Source: Candidatus Eiseniibacteriota bacterium (lineage in GTDB: Bacteria; Eisenbacteria; RBG-16-71-46; SZUA-252). Taken from it: 47,238 nucleotides of DNA. Location of the stretch: NCBI GenBank assembly GCA_031370645.1, contig JANMQV010000089.1:1-47238 (forward strand). The letters run 5' to 3'. Position numbers and translations under genes: made by a program. Below, piece by piece: positions 1 through 8,233 of this stretch. The first letter of the stretch is position 1. Every line of letters starts with the position of its first letter. Below the pieces are notes generated by a model. It ran no database searches, was not told the DNA's origin, and was given only the letters and a program-made list of their open reading frames with translations.

Positions 1-693
1 CGCCGGCTCACGCCTCCCGCGGCCGTCTCCCTGGAGGATCTCGCCGCCTCGCTCGGGCACGCGGAGGTGGCTTCGCTCCACGCCGCCATCGGATCGGGCG
101 ACCTCTCCGTGGCCGCCGTGCTTCACAAGTGGTTCCCGGACGGCGGCGGCCCGGTGCAGAAGCTGAAAGAGGCCTCGCTCGAGACCTTTCGGGCCCTCAC
201 GGGGCGCTCCTCGAAGGGCGTCCGGCTCCAAGGCGTGGACAATCTGATGGTCAACTATGCGCGCTGCTGTCAGCCGGTTCCCGGCGACTCCGTGGTCGGC
301 ATCGTCACGCGCGGCCGAGGCGTCACGGTGCATCGGACCGACTGTCCCAATACGTTCGACGGGCGCGTCGTGCCGGAGCGCCGCGTGCCGGTGGAGTGGA
401 GTAGCGCCGCGGACGAATCGTTCGCGGTGAAACTCTCGATCTACGGCGTCGATCGAACGAGCTTCCTCGCCGACATCGCGAAGGCCATCGCGGCGACGAA
501 TACGAACATCCGGACGGCCGGGATCAAGGCGAGCGACAAGAACGCTCGCGGCGCGTTTGTCGTCGAGGTCCGCGATCTCGACCATCTCCGCCAGGTGATG
601 CAGGCGGTGGAGAAAGTCCCGGGCGTCGAAGCGGTCGATCGCGAGCAGATCTTCGGTGGACCGCGCGGCGGGGCGTCGGGCACGTCCTCGTGA
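1..693 (+). CDS. relA: RelA/SpoT (p)ppGpp synthetase/hydrolase, C-terminal part (5'-truncated by window edge)
   Basis: YARCCQPVPGDSVVGIVTRGRGVTVHRTDCPN zinc-finger motif followed by an ACT domain. The frame is open back to base 1. Sits next to dtd, as is typical for rel. Confidence 0.93.
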   Translation, partial: RRLTPPAAVSLEDLAASLGHAEVASLHAAIGSGDLSVAAVLHKWFPDGGGPVQKLKEASLETFRALTGRSSKGVRLQGVDNLMVNYARCCQPVPGDSVVGIVTRGRGVTVHRTDCPNTFDGRVVPERRVPVEWSSAADESFAVKLSIYGVDRTSFLADIAKAIAATNTNIRTAGIKASDKNARGAFVVEVRDLDHLRQVMQAVEKVPGVEAVDREQIFGGPRGGASGTSS

Positions 694-1148
694 AAGCTCT
701 CCTCCAACGCGTGACGCGAGCGTCAGTACGGGTCGATGGCGACGAGATCGGGGTCATCGGTCCCGGGCTCCTCGTCCTCCTCGGCGTCGCGGCGGGAGAC
801 GACGCGGTCCAAGCCGACCGGCTCGCGGAGCGCGTGGCTGGCTATCGGATCTTCGAAGATGACGCGGGGAAGATGAACCGTTCGCTCGTGGATACGGGCG
901 GAGCGGCGCTCGTCGTCTCGCAGTTCACGCTCTGCGCGGATACCGGAAGCGGGCGAAGGCCCGGATTTGAACCGGCAGCGCCGCCGCTCGTCGCCGAGCC
1001 GCTCTACGAACGCTTTTGCGCGGCGATGGAGCGCGCTGGCGTCCCGGTGCGCCGCGGCCGCTTTGGGGCGTCGATGGATGTGGAACTCGTGAATCACGGC
1101 CCCGTGACCTTCCTCCTCGAGATGACGCCGACGGCCGGGGGAGGGTGA
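690..1148 (+). CDS. dtd: D-aminoacyl-tRNA deacylase
   Basis: MKALLQRV start, SQFTL motif and NHGPVT (Gly-Pro motif). GTGA overlap with rel. Confidence 0.96.
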   Translation: MKALLQRVTRASVRVDGDEIGVIGPGLLVLLGVAAGDDAVQADRLAERVAGYRIFEDDAGKMNRSLVDTGGAALVVSQFTLCADTGSGRRPGFEPAAPPLVAEPLYERFCAAMERAGVPVRRGRFGASMDVELVNHGPVTFLLEMTPTAGGG

Positions 1149-1762
1149 TGCGCGCGAATCTCCTCAATCCCTTCGGCCCGCGGCTTCTGCTCGCGTCGCG
1201 GTCGCCTCGAAGGGCGGGGCTCCTGACACTCGTCGGCGCGCATTTCGACGTGGCGCCCGCGGATGTGGACGAGAGCGCACTGCCCGATGAGCGGGCGGAG
1301 GCGCACGTGCTTCGCCTCGCCGAAGCGAAGGCGCGCGCGGCCTCCGCGCCAAGCGCGGAGGAGACGCTCGTTCTCGGCGCCGACACGGTGGTGACGCTCG
1401 ATCGGGCCATTCTCGGGAAACCGGCGGACGAAGAGGAAGCGCGCCGCATGCTCGCGTCGCTCTCGGGGCGCGTGCACGAGGTCTGGACCGGGCTCTTTCT
1501 CTACGATCCCTCGCACGCTCGCGGCGTCGGCGAAGCGGTGCGAAGCATCGTGAAGTTCGCGTCGCTTGCCCCGGACGAGATCGATCGCTACGTCGCGACG
1601 GGAGAGCCGCTCGACAAGGCAGGCGCCTACGCCGTGCAGGGATACGGCGCCGCGTTTGTGGAAGCGATCGAGGGGTCGTACACGAATGTCGTCGGGCTCC
1701 CGCTCGGCCACCTTCGCCGCCTGCTTCGCCTCGCGCGCGGCGAAGATTCGGAAACGCCCTAG
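1148..1762 (+). CDS. maf: Maf family nucleoside triphosphate pyrophosphatase (YhdE-like)
   Basis: LASRSPRR, GADTVV, GKP and DKAGAYAVQG motifs. Start placed at ATG 1148 (TGATG overlap) instead of the track's 1016. Confidence 0.93.
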   Translation: MRANLLNPFGPRLLLASRSPRRAGLLTLVGAHFDVAPADVDESALPDERAEAHVLRLAEAKARAASAPSAEETLVLGADTVVTLDRAILGKPADEEEARRMLASLSGRVHEVWTGLFLYDPSHARGVGEAVRSIVKFASLAPDEIDRYVATGEPLDKAGAYAVQGYGAAFVEAIEGSYTNVVGLPLGHLRRLLRLARGEDSETP

Positions 1763-2830
1763 GTGGATCCGCTTCGGTTCGAGGAGGGTCGCGTCTGGCT
1801 GCTCGATCAGACGGAACTCCCCGAACGGGAACTCTGGATCGAGGCGAGCGACGCTGCCGCCATGTCGGAAGCGATCGCGCGGCTTTCCTTGCGAGGCGCG
1901 CCGGCGATCGGCATCGGAGCGGCGCTCGCGCTGGCCGCGGAGGCGGCGCGATGGTGCGCCTCGAGCGATCGCGACGAGCGGTTTGGCCGCGCCGCCGCGG
2001 TGCTTCGAGAGGCCCGCCCGACCGCGGTCAATCTCGCCTGGGCCTGCGATCGCATGCTCCGCGCGGCCGCGTTCGCGTCGGCTTCGGCCGCATCGCCCGT
2101 GGCGGGGAGTTCGAACCGAGACCGCCCGAACGCGTGGGCCGACTCCATTGGGCGCGAGGCCGTAGCGATATGGGACGAAGACCGCGCCGCGTCGCGCGCC
2201 ATGGCCGAACACGGCGCGTCGCTCTTTCCGCGCGAAACGAACTTTCTCACGCACTGCAATACTGGCGCGCTCGCCACAGGAGGCGGGGGAACCGCGCTCG
2301 GCGTAATCCTCGAGCTTCATCGGCGGCGCGCGGGTGGCGTGCGAGTGTGGGCCACGGAGACGCGTCCCCTTCTGCAGGGGGCGAGACTGACCGCCTGGGA
2401 GCTTCAGCGCGCCGGCGTGGACGTTCGGCTCGTCACCGACGGCGCCGCCGCCTCCACCATCGCCCGGAGGGGAATCGAGGCGGTTCTCGTCGGGGCCGAC
2501 CGGATCGCCCGAAACGGGGACGTGGCGAACAAGATCGGGACCTATCCGCTCGCCCTCGCGGCGCGCGCGGCGGGGATTCCATTCGTCGTGGTCGCCCCGA
2601 CCAGCACTCTCGATCCGTCGATCGCGGAGGGGAGCGCCATCCCGGTGGAGGAGCGAGAGCCCTCGGAAGTCACTGCGTTTCGGGGGGTTCCGACCGCTCC
2701 GGCGGGCGTCCCGGCCGAGAATCCGGCCTTCGACGTGACGCCCGCTTCCCTCGTGACCGCCCTGGTCACCGAGCGAGGGGTCCACGCCCCCCCGAAAAGC
2801 GCCTTCGACGGCGTTGACAGCCGTTCCTAA
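1763..2830 (+). CDS. mtnA: S-methyl-5-thioribose-1-phosphate isomerase
   Basis: LLDQTELP, LRGAPAIG, ARPTAVNL, THCNTGALAT, ETRPLLQGARLT, VGADRI, NKIGTY and NPAFDVTP motifs. Confidence 0.93.
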   Translation: MDPLRFEEGRVWLLDQTELPERELWIEASDAAAMSEAIARLSLRGAPAIGIGAALALAAEAARWCASSDRDERFGRAAAVLREARPTAVNLAWACDRMLRAAAFASASAASPVAGSSNRDRPNAWADSIGREAVAIWDEDRAASRAMAEHGASLFPRETNFLTHCNTGALATGGGGTALGVILELHRRRAGGVRVWATETRPLLQGARLTAWELQRAGVDVRLVTDGAAASTIARRGIEAVLVGADRIARNGDVANKIGTYPLALAARAAGIPFVVVAPTSTLDPSIAEGSAIPVEEREPSEVTAFRGVPTAPAGVPAENPAFDVTPASLVTALVTERGVHAPPKSAFDGVDSRS

Positions 2831-2843
2831 CTGCTGGTAGTCT
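2814..2843 (+). promoter_or_regulatory. sigma70-like promoter for the rplM operon
   Basis: TTGACA (2814-2819), 18-nt spacer, TAGTCT (2838-2843) preceded by TG (extended -10). Overlaps the end of mtnA, about 40 nt upstream of rplM. Confidence 0.7.
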
Positions 2844-2884
2844 TTGGCGTTCTGTCATCCTATGTCATAGATGGAGGTCGATCG

Positions 2885-3334
2885 ATGGGCACGTATTCTG
2901 TGCGCGCCTCGGAGATTCAACACGACTGGTTCGTGGTGGATGCCGAGGGGCAAATCTTGGGCCGTCTCGCGAGCGAAATCGCGAGCGTCCTCAAGGGGAA
3001 GCGCAAGCCTACCTACTCGACGCACTTGGACGTCGGCGATCATGTCATCGTGATCAACGCGGACAAGGTGCGTGTGACGGGCCGCAAGCGCGACAACAAG
3101 ATGTATTTCCGGCACTCGCTTTATCCGGGCGGTCATACGCTGACCCGCTTCCGGGACATGCAAGCGGACAAGCCGGACGAGATCATCCGCCTCGCGGTGA
3201 AGGGGATGTTGCCCCACAACCGACTTGGCCGGGCCATGGTCAAGAAGCTTCAAGTGTACGCCGGAAAAGAGCATCCGCATGCGGCTCAGCAACCGAAGCC
3301 GCTGCCGCTCCCCGGCACGATGGGAGGTGAGTGA
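2885..3334 (+). CDS. rplM: 50S ribosomal protein L13
   Basis: [37 protein letters not shown] and AVKGMLP motifs. GGAGG RBS at 2873-2877. Confidence 0.98.
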   Translation: MGTYSVRASEIQHDWFVVDAEGQILGRLASEIASVLKGKRKPTYSTHLDVGDHVIVINADKVRVTGRKRDNKMYFRHSLYPGGHTLTRFRDMQADKPDEIIRLAVKGMLPHNRLGRAMVKKLQVYAGKEHPHAAQQPKPLPLPGTMGGE

Positions 3335-3726
3335 CTCTGGCCACTGCATTCGCAGCCACAGGACGTCGCAAGTCGTCCGTCGCGCGCGTTCGTCTGATTC
3401 CCGGCGCGGGAAAGCGCACGGTGAACGGCGTCGAGCTCGAGAAGTACTTCTGCCGGATTTCGTTGAGCCGCACGGCCACCGAGCCGCTCCTCACCACGAA
3501 TCTGGGAGACAAGTTTGACCTCGTCGCGAGCGTGCACGGGGGCGGACACGCAGGACAAGCCGGCGCGATTTGCCTCGGCGTCGCGCGTGCGATTCAGCTG
3601 GCGGATCCGGCGCTTCGCGGACAACTCGGCAAGGAAGGCTTCCTGACCCGGGATTCCCGCATGAAGGAGCGCAAGAAGTACGGACAGGCCGGCGCCCGCA
3701 AGAAATTCCAGTTCTCCAAGCGGTAA
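3331..3726 (+). CDS. rpsI: 30S ribosomal protein S9
   Basis: [21 protein letters not shown] and C-terminal [19 protein letters not shown]. Confidence 0.98.
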   Translation: MTLATAFAATGRRKSSVARVRLIPGAGKRTVNGVELEKYFCRISLSRTATEPLLTTNLGDKFDLVASVHGGGHAGQAGAICLGVARAIQLADPALRGQLGKEGFLTRDSRMKERKKYGQAGARKKFQFSKR

Positions 3727-3745
3727 ACGAGTAGAGGCTGTACGA

Positions 3746-3766
3746 GACGGCGGACTGTCCGCCGTC
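3746..3766. repeat. Perfect inverted repeat between rpsI and rpsB
   Basis: GACGGCGGAC-T-GTCCGCCGTC (10-nt arms). No U-tract follows on either strand. Confidence 0.75.
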
Positions 3767-3768
3767 AT

Positions 3769-3858
3769 CACGCACGCCCTGGGCTGCGCCGCCGGTCTCC
3801 CGAACGGGAGCGCGGAGCGGATCGAAGGGGCGGAGGTTCAAGACCGGAGGTATTGCCT
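3769..3858 (+). ncRNA. rpsB (S2) leader-like cis-regulatory RNA
   Basis: CACGCACGCCC...GGGCGGAGG outer stem and CTCCC-GAAC-GGGAG hairpin. CCGGTCT (3792-3798) is complementary to AGACCGG (3841-3847). Position and layout match the known S2 leader. Confidence 0.65.
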
Positions 3859-4644
3859 GTGGCCGATGTCGGCATGAAGGAACTGCTCGAAGCGGGTGTC
3901 CACTTCGGGCATCAAACCCGCCGCTGGAATCCGAAGATGAAGAAGTTTATTTTCATCGAGCGGAACGGGATCTACATCATCGATCTCCAGAAGACCCTCA
4001 AGGCACTTCAAGATGCCCGCACCGCGCTCGACGACATCGCGCGCCGGGGCGGCACCGTCCTCTTCGTGGGAACCAAGCGCCAGGCGAAGGACACGATCAT
4101 GGAGGAGGCCGAGCGCTGCGGCATGCCGTACGTGAACGAGCGCTGGCTCGGCGGCATGCTCACGAACTTCAAGACCATCAAGTCGAATCTCCGCCGTTTC
4201 AAGGAGCTCGACAAGATGAAGGCCGACGGCACCTTCGACAAACTCTCGAAGAAGGAGCAGTCGCAGTTGGGCAAGGAAATGACGCGGTTGGTGAAGATCT
4301 TCACCGGCATCAAGGAGGTCACGAACCTTCCGGCCGCGGTGTTCGTCATCGACACGAAGAAGGAGCGCATCGCGGTGGCCGAGGCGAATCGACTCGGTGT
4401 GCCGGTCTTCGGCGTCGTCGATACGAACTGCGATCCCGAAGTGGTCGACTTCCCGATTCCGGGGAACGACGACGCGATCCGCGCGATCCGTCTCTTTGCC
4501 CGTTTCGTGAGCGACACCGTGATGAATGCCCGCCAGGAAGCGCGGGAAGGCGCCGACCTCGCCGCGATGATGGCGGCCAAGGCGGCCGCCGACGCGCCGG
4601 TGGCGGCCATGGCTCCGATCGCGGCACAAGCGGCGAAGGTCTAG
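3859..4644 (+). CDS. rpsB: 30S ribosomal protein S2
   Basis: MKELLEAGVHFGHQTRRWNPKM, ERWLGGMLTNF and PGNDDAIRAI. GTG 3859 preferred over TTG 3853 because of spacing from GGAGG at 3846-3850. Confidence 0.98.
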   Translation: MADVGMKELLEAGVHFGHQTRRWNPKMKKFIFIERNGIYIIDLQKTLKALQDARTALDDIARRGGTVLFVGTKRQAKDTIMEEAERCGMPYVNERWLGGMLTNFKTIKSNLRRFKELDKMKADGTFDKLSKKEQSQLGKEMTRLVKIFTGIKEVTNLPAAVFVIDTKKERIAVAEANRLGVPVFGVVDTNCDPEVVDFPIPGNDDAIRAIRLFARFVSDTVMNARQEAREGADLAAMMAAKAAADAPVAAMAPIAAQAAKV

Positions 4645-4718
4645 ACCCCGATCCCGAAGGACGTGCTGGGCGGTGACCCCGCGCGGCCGAAGACCGAGAA
4701 CCGAACAAGGAGAATCCA

Positions 4719-5315
4719 ATGACGATCACCGCCTCGCTCGTGAAAGATCTTCGCGAGCGGACCGGCGCGGGCATGATGGAGTGCAAGAAAGCCCTCTCCG
4801 AGGCGAATGGAGATATCGAGAAGGCGATCGACAATCTGCGGAAGCAGGGCATCCTTCGCGCGGCGTCGAAGGCCGGCCGCGAAGCGCGGCAGGGTCTCGT
4901 CTACGCCTACATCCACCCGGGCGATCAGTTGGGCGTGCTGATCGAGGTCAATTGCGAAACCGACTTCGTGGCGCGCACCGATGACTTCAAGGACCTGGTG
5001 AAGAGTCTCGCCATGCAAATCGCGGCGACGGGCGCGAGCGCCGTCTCCCGCGAGCACGTCGATCCCGCCCTCGTCGTGAAAGAGCGCGAGGTCCTCCTGG
5101 AGCAGGCGCGCACGTCGGGGAAGCCCGAGGCGATCCTCCAGAAGATGGTCGATGGCCGGCTCGACAAGTTCTACGAGGACGTCGTCCTTCTCGAGCAGCC
5201 CTACATCAAGGATCCGGACCGGAAGGTGAAGGACCTCATCGATCAGATGATCTCCAAGATCGGCGAGAATATCGTCGTTCAGCGATTCGTAAAGTTCCGG
5301 ATCGGAGAGAAATAA
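4719..5315 (+). CDS. tsf: Elongation factor Ts, short (198 aa) form
   Basis: VKDLRERTGAGMMECKKAL, EVNCETDFVAR and SGKPEAIL motifs. Confidence 0.97.
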   Translation: MTITASLVKDLRERTGAGMMECKKALSEANGDIEKAIDNLRKQGILRAASKAGREARQGLVYAYIHPGDQLGVLIEVNCETDFVARTDDFKDLVKSLAMQIAATGASAVSREHVDPALVVKEREVLLEQARTSGKPEAILQKMVDGRLDKFYEDVVLLEQPYIKDPDRKVKDLIDQMISKIGENIVVQRFVKFRIGEK

Positions 5316-5319
5316 GACC

Positions 5320-6039
5320 GTGGACGGCGCTCCCCGGCGCGTCCTACTGAAGTTGAGCGGCGAAGTCCTGGCCGGCACGGCCGGCCAGGGAATCGCCGCG
5401 CCCGCGATCGGCCGCCTGGCGGAGGAAATCCGCGACGGAATCGAAGGGGGCACCCAGCTCGCCATCGTCATCGGGGGCGGGAATCTCATCCGCGGCACCA
5501 CCGCCGCGGGTGAGGGCTTCGACCGGGCCACCGGCGACGCCATGGGGATGCTCGCCACGGTGATCAACGCCTTGGCGCTCCAAGACGCGCTCGAACAGCG
5601 CAGCCTCTCCACCCGGGTCATGACGGCCATCGAGATGCGTTCGCTGGCCGAGCCCTACATCCGGCGCCGCGCCGTGCGACATCTGGAGAAGGGGCGGATC
5701 GTCATCCTCGCCGCCGGCACGGGGCACCCCTACTTCACCACCGACACCGCCGCGGTCCTTCGGGCCGTCGAGGTCGGCGCCGACGTTCTCCTGAAGGCCA
5801 CGAAGGTGGACGGCGTCTTCACGGAAGATCCGCGGCTCAACCCCGCCGCGACCCGATACGACTCCCTTCGATACAGCGAAGCCATCACCCGCAGGCTCAA
5901 CGTCATGGACATGACCGCGTTCACGATGGGAATGGACCACCGCCTCCCGCTCGTCGTTTTCAACGTGACGGTCCCGGGGAATCTCGTGATCGCGCTGCGA
6001 GGCGAAACCGTCGGAACGCGCGTCGCCGTGGAGGTCTAG
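5320..6039 (+). CDS. pyrH: UMP kinase
   Basis: RVLLKLSGE, IGGGNLIRG, GMLATVIN, GHPYFTTDTAA and KATKVDGV motifs. Confidence 0.97.
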   Translation: MDGAPRRVLLKLSGEVLAGTAGQGIAAPAIGRLAEEIRDGIEGGTQLAIVIGGGNLIRGTTAAGEGFDRATGDAMGMLATVINALALQDALEQRSLSTRVMTAIEMRSLAEPYIRRRAVRHLEKGRIVILAAGTGHPYFTTDTAAVLRAVEVGADVLLKATKVDGVFTEDPRLNPAATRYDSLRYSEAITRRLNVMDMTAFTMGMDHRLPLVVFNVTVPGNLVIALRGETVGTRVAVEV

Positions 6040-6040
6040 G

Positions 6041-6598
6041 ATGGACCCGAAGACTCTCAAAGATTGCGAAGAGCGGATGAAGAAGGCCGTCGAGACGATC
6101 CGAAACGAAGTCGCCACCGTGCGGACGAATCGGGCGACGACCTCGCTTCTGGACGGCATCAAGGTGGACTACTACGGAACGCCGACTCCGCTTCAGCAGG
6201 TGGCGAGCGTGAGCGTTCCCGAGCCCCGCATGCTCGTCATTCAACCCTGGGAGCGCTCGACGCTCACCGAGATCGTGAAATCGATCCAGAAGTCGGACCT
6301 CGGCCTCACGCCGGTGGATGACGGGACCGTGGTTCGCCTCTCGCTCCCGGCGTTGACCGAAGAGCGTCGCAAGGACCTCGTGAAGCACTTGGGGCGTCTC
6401 ATCGAGGACGGGCGCGTTCGCATTCGAACGATTCGCCACGAGGTGAACGACGAACTGAAGAAACTGGAACGCGATCACAAGGTCTCGGAGGATGACGCGA
6501 AGAAGACGCGGACCGACGTGCAGAAGCTCCACGACCGCTACATCGGCACCCTCGACGAGCTGTTCCAGAAGAAGCAGGTCGAGATCATGGAGGTCTGA
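6041..6598 (+). CDS. frr: Ribosome recycling factor
   Basis: VRTNRA, VDYYGTPTPL, PALTEERRKDLVK and terminal EIMEV. Confidence 0.97.
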   Translation: MDPKTLKDCEERMKKAVETIRNEVATVRTNRATTSLLDGIKVDYYGTPTPLQQVASVSVPEPRMLVIQPWERSTLTEIVKSIQKSDLGLTPVDDGTVVRLSLPALTEERRKDLVKHLGRLIEDGRVRIRTIRHEVNDELKKLERDHKVSEDDAKKTRTDVQKLHDRYIGTLDELFQKKQVEIMEV

Positions 6599-6615
6599 CC
6601 CGGGACGGCACGAAC

Positions 6616-7362
6616 ATGACCCCCACCGCCACGCAGCCGACGCTCGAGCAGGTGCTGCGCCGTCCCGTCCCCGCGCACATCGCGATCATCATGGACGGGA
6701 ACGGCCGATGGGCCCAGCGCCGCGGGCTGCCCCGCTTGATGGGGCACCGCGCCGGACGCCGCGCCGTGCGCGAGGCCGTGGAGGGGTGCGTCGCCCTCGG
6801 CGTGAAGGTCCTCACCCTCTACACCTTCTCGCTCGAGAACTGGGATCGCGGTCCTCGCGAGGTGCGGGGGCTCATGCGGATCCTGGAACAGGTCCTGACC
6901 GACGAGCGGGAGGATCTCAAGAAGAGCAACGTCTCCCTCCGAACGATCGGCCGCGTCGACCTCCTGCCCGAACAGAGCCGCGCCGTCCTCGACGAAACGA
7001 AGCGCTACCTCTCCGACTGCACCGGCATGACGCTGGTCCTCGCGCTCTCCTACGGGGGCCGCGCCGAGATCGTCGACGCGGTGCGCCGCATCGTCCAGGC
7101 GGACCGAAAGAAGCGTCTCCCCCTCTCGCACATCGACGAGGCTCTCTTCTGCCGCGAACTCGACACCGACGGACTCCCCGATCCCGATCTCCTCATCCGG
7201 ACGAGCGGGGAGCTTCGCGTCTCGAACTTTCTTCTCTGGCAACTGGCGTACGCCGAGTTCTGGGTGACCGACATGCTCTGGCCCGACTTCCGCTCGAAGC
7301 ACCTCTATCAGGCCGTCCATGACTTCCAACATCGAAGCCGTCGCTTCGGCCGCGCGGGCTGA
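6616..7362 (+). CDS. uppS: Undecaprenyl diphosphate synthase
   Basis: HIAIIMDGNGRWA, YTFSLENW, SYGGR, DLLIRTSGELRVSNFLLWQ and RRFG motifs. Confidence 0.97.
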   Translation: MTPTATQPTLEQVLRRPVPAHIAIIMDGNGRWAQRRGLPRLMGHRAGRRAVREAVEGCVALGVKVLTLYTFSLENWDRGPREVRGLMRILEQVLTDEREDLKKSNVSLRTIGRVDLLPEQSRAVLDETKRYLSDCTGMTLVLALSYGGRAEIVDAVRRIVQADRKKRLPLSHIDEALFCRELDTDGLPDPDLLIRTSGELRVSNFLLWQLAYAEFWVTDMLWPDFRSKHLYQAVHDFQHRSRRFGRAG

Positions 7363-8233
7363 GCGGAGCGTCCCCACGGCCGGCGCGACGTCGTTACCTC
7401 TGCGGGTCGCCACGTCGGTCGTGGCGGTGCCGCTGCTTCTCCTCCTCGCCTGGGTGGGCGGCGTGGCGTATCTGGTTTTCACGCTCGTCCTCCTCGCTTT
7501 GGCGCTCCGGGAGTTCAATCTCCTCCTCGAATCGAAGGGACTCCTTCCGCATTGGAAGGCCGGCATGACCGCCGTCCTCCTCGCTCCGGTCGCAACTTTT
7601 CAGCGGCTTCGGACGGGGCGGATCCAGGAGTGGCACCTCGGCGCGCTCCTCACCATTCTTGTCATCGGCGTCCTCCTGGCGGAACTCCGCCGCGGCGCCG
7701 GTCGGCACGCCATTGCCAATAGCGCGGCGACGCTGCTCGGCGTTTTCTACGTCGGGTGGCTCGGCACCCACATCGTGGCGCTTCGCGAGTTGCCATGGGT
7801 GCTCGGCGAGCCGTATGCGCGAGGCGCCGCCTACGCCATTCTGCCGCTGGTGCTGGTGTGGTGCTGCGACACCGCGGCGTACGGCGTGGGCAGAGCCTTC
7901 GGGCGCCGCCGCCTCATGCCCGAGGTGAGCCCGAAGAAGACCGCGGAAGGTGCGTGGGCGGGGCTCGTCGCGGCGATCGGCGCGGCGTTTCTGGCGCGCG
8001 CCACGTTCGCGACGTTTCTCACGCCGTGGGATGCCGCCATCCTCGGATTTCTCGTCGGAGTCTTCGGGCAATTGGGAGACTTGGTCGAGTCGCTCCTGAA
8101 ACGCGACTCCGAGGCGAAGGACACCTCGCAGTTGATTCCGGGGCACGGCGGCGTGCTCGACCGTTTCGATAGCCTCTTCTTCGCCGCGCCGGTCGCCTAC
8201 TACTACCTCCTCTACCGCGTCGTGACTCCGTGA
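7319..8233 (+). CDS. cdsA: Phosphatidate cytidylyltransferase
   Basis: Multi-pass hydrophobic protein with SPKKTAEG and GDLVESLLKR...KD...IPGHGGVLDRFDS signature. Start uncertain: ATG 7319 implies a 44-nt overlap with uppS. Confidence 0.94.
   Translation: MTSNIEAVASAARAERSVPTAGATSLPLRVATSVVAVPLLLLLAWVGGVAYLVFTLVLLALALREFNLLLESKGLLPHWKAGMTAVLLAPVATFQRLRTGRIQEWHLGALLTILVIGVLLAELRRGAGRHAIANSAATLLGVFYVGWLGTHIVALRELPWVLGEPYARGAAYAILPLVLVWCCDTAAYGVGRAFGRRRLMPEVSPKKTAEGAWAGLVAAIGAAFLARATFATFLTPWDAAILGFLVGVFGQLGDLVESLLKRDSEAKDTSQLIPGHGGVLDRFDSLFFAAPVAYYYLLYRVVTP

Noticed and set aside
1094..2785. Long minus-strand ORFs (563 aa here; also 27605-29104, 28702-30402, 37238-38704, 43333-44601, 45996-47216)
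   Set aside because: They lie antisense to well-conserved genes, are R/G/A/P-rich with no recognisable motifs, and are expected shadow ORFs in high-GC DNA.
3727..3858. Possible tRNA in the rpsI-rpsB gap
   Set aside because: No cloverleaf with a properly placed T-arm or acceptor stem. The region is better explained as a hairpin plus the S2 leader.
4645..4718. Short CCGA(A/G) repeats in the rpsB-tsf gap as a repeat array
   Set aside because: Units are only about 5 nt, irregularly spaced and have no spacers. Not CRISPR-like and probably incidental.
7319..7362. 44-nt uppS/cdsA overlap as a frameshift or pseudogene
   Set aside because: Both proteins have complete signature motifs. Only the cdsA start position is uncertain.
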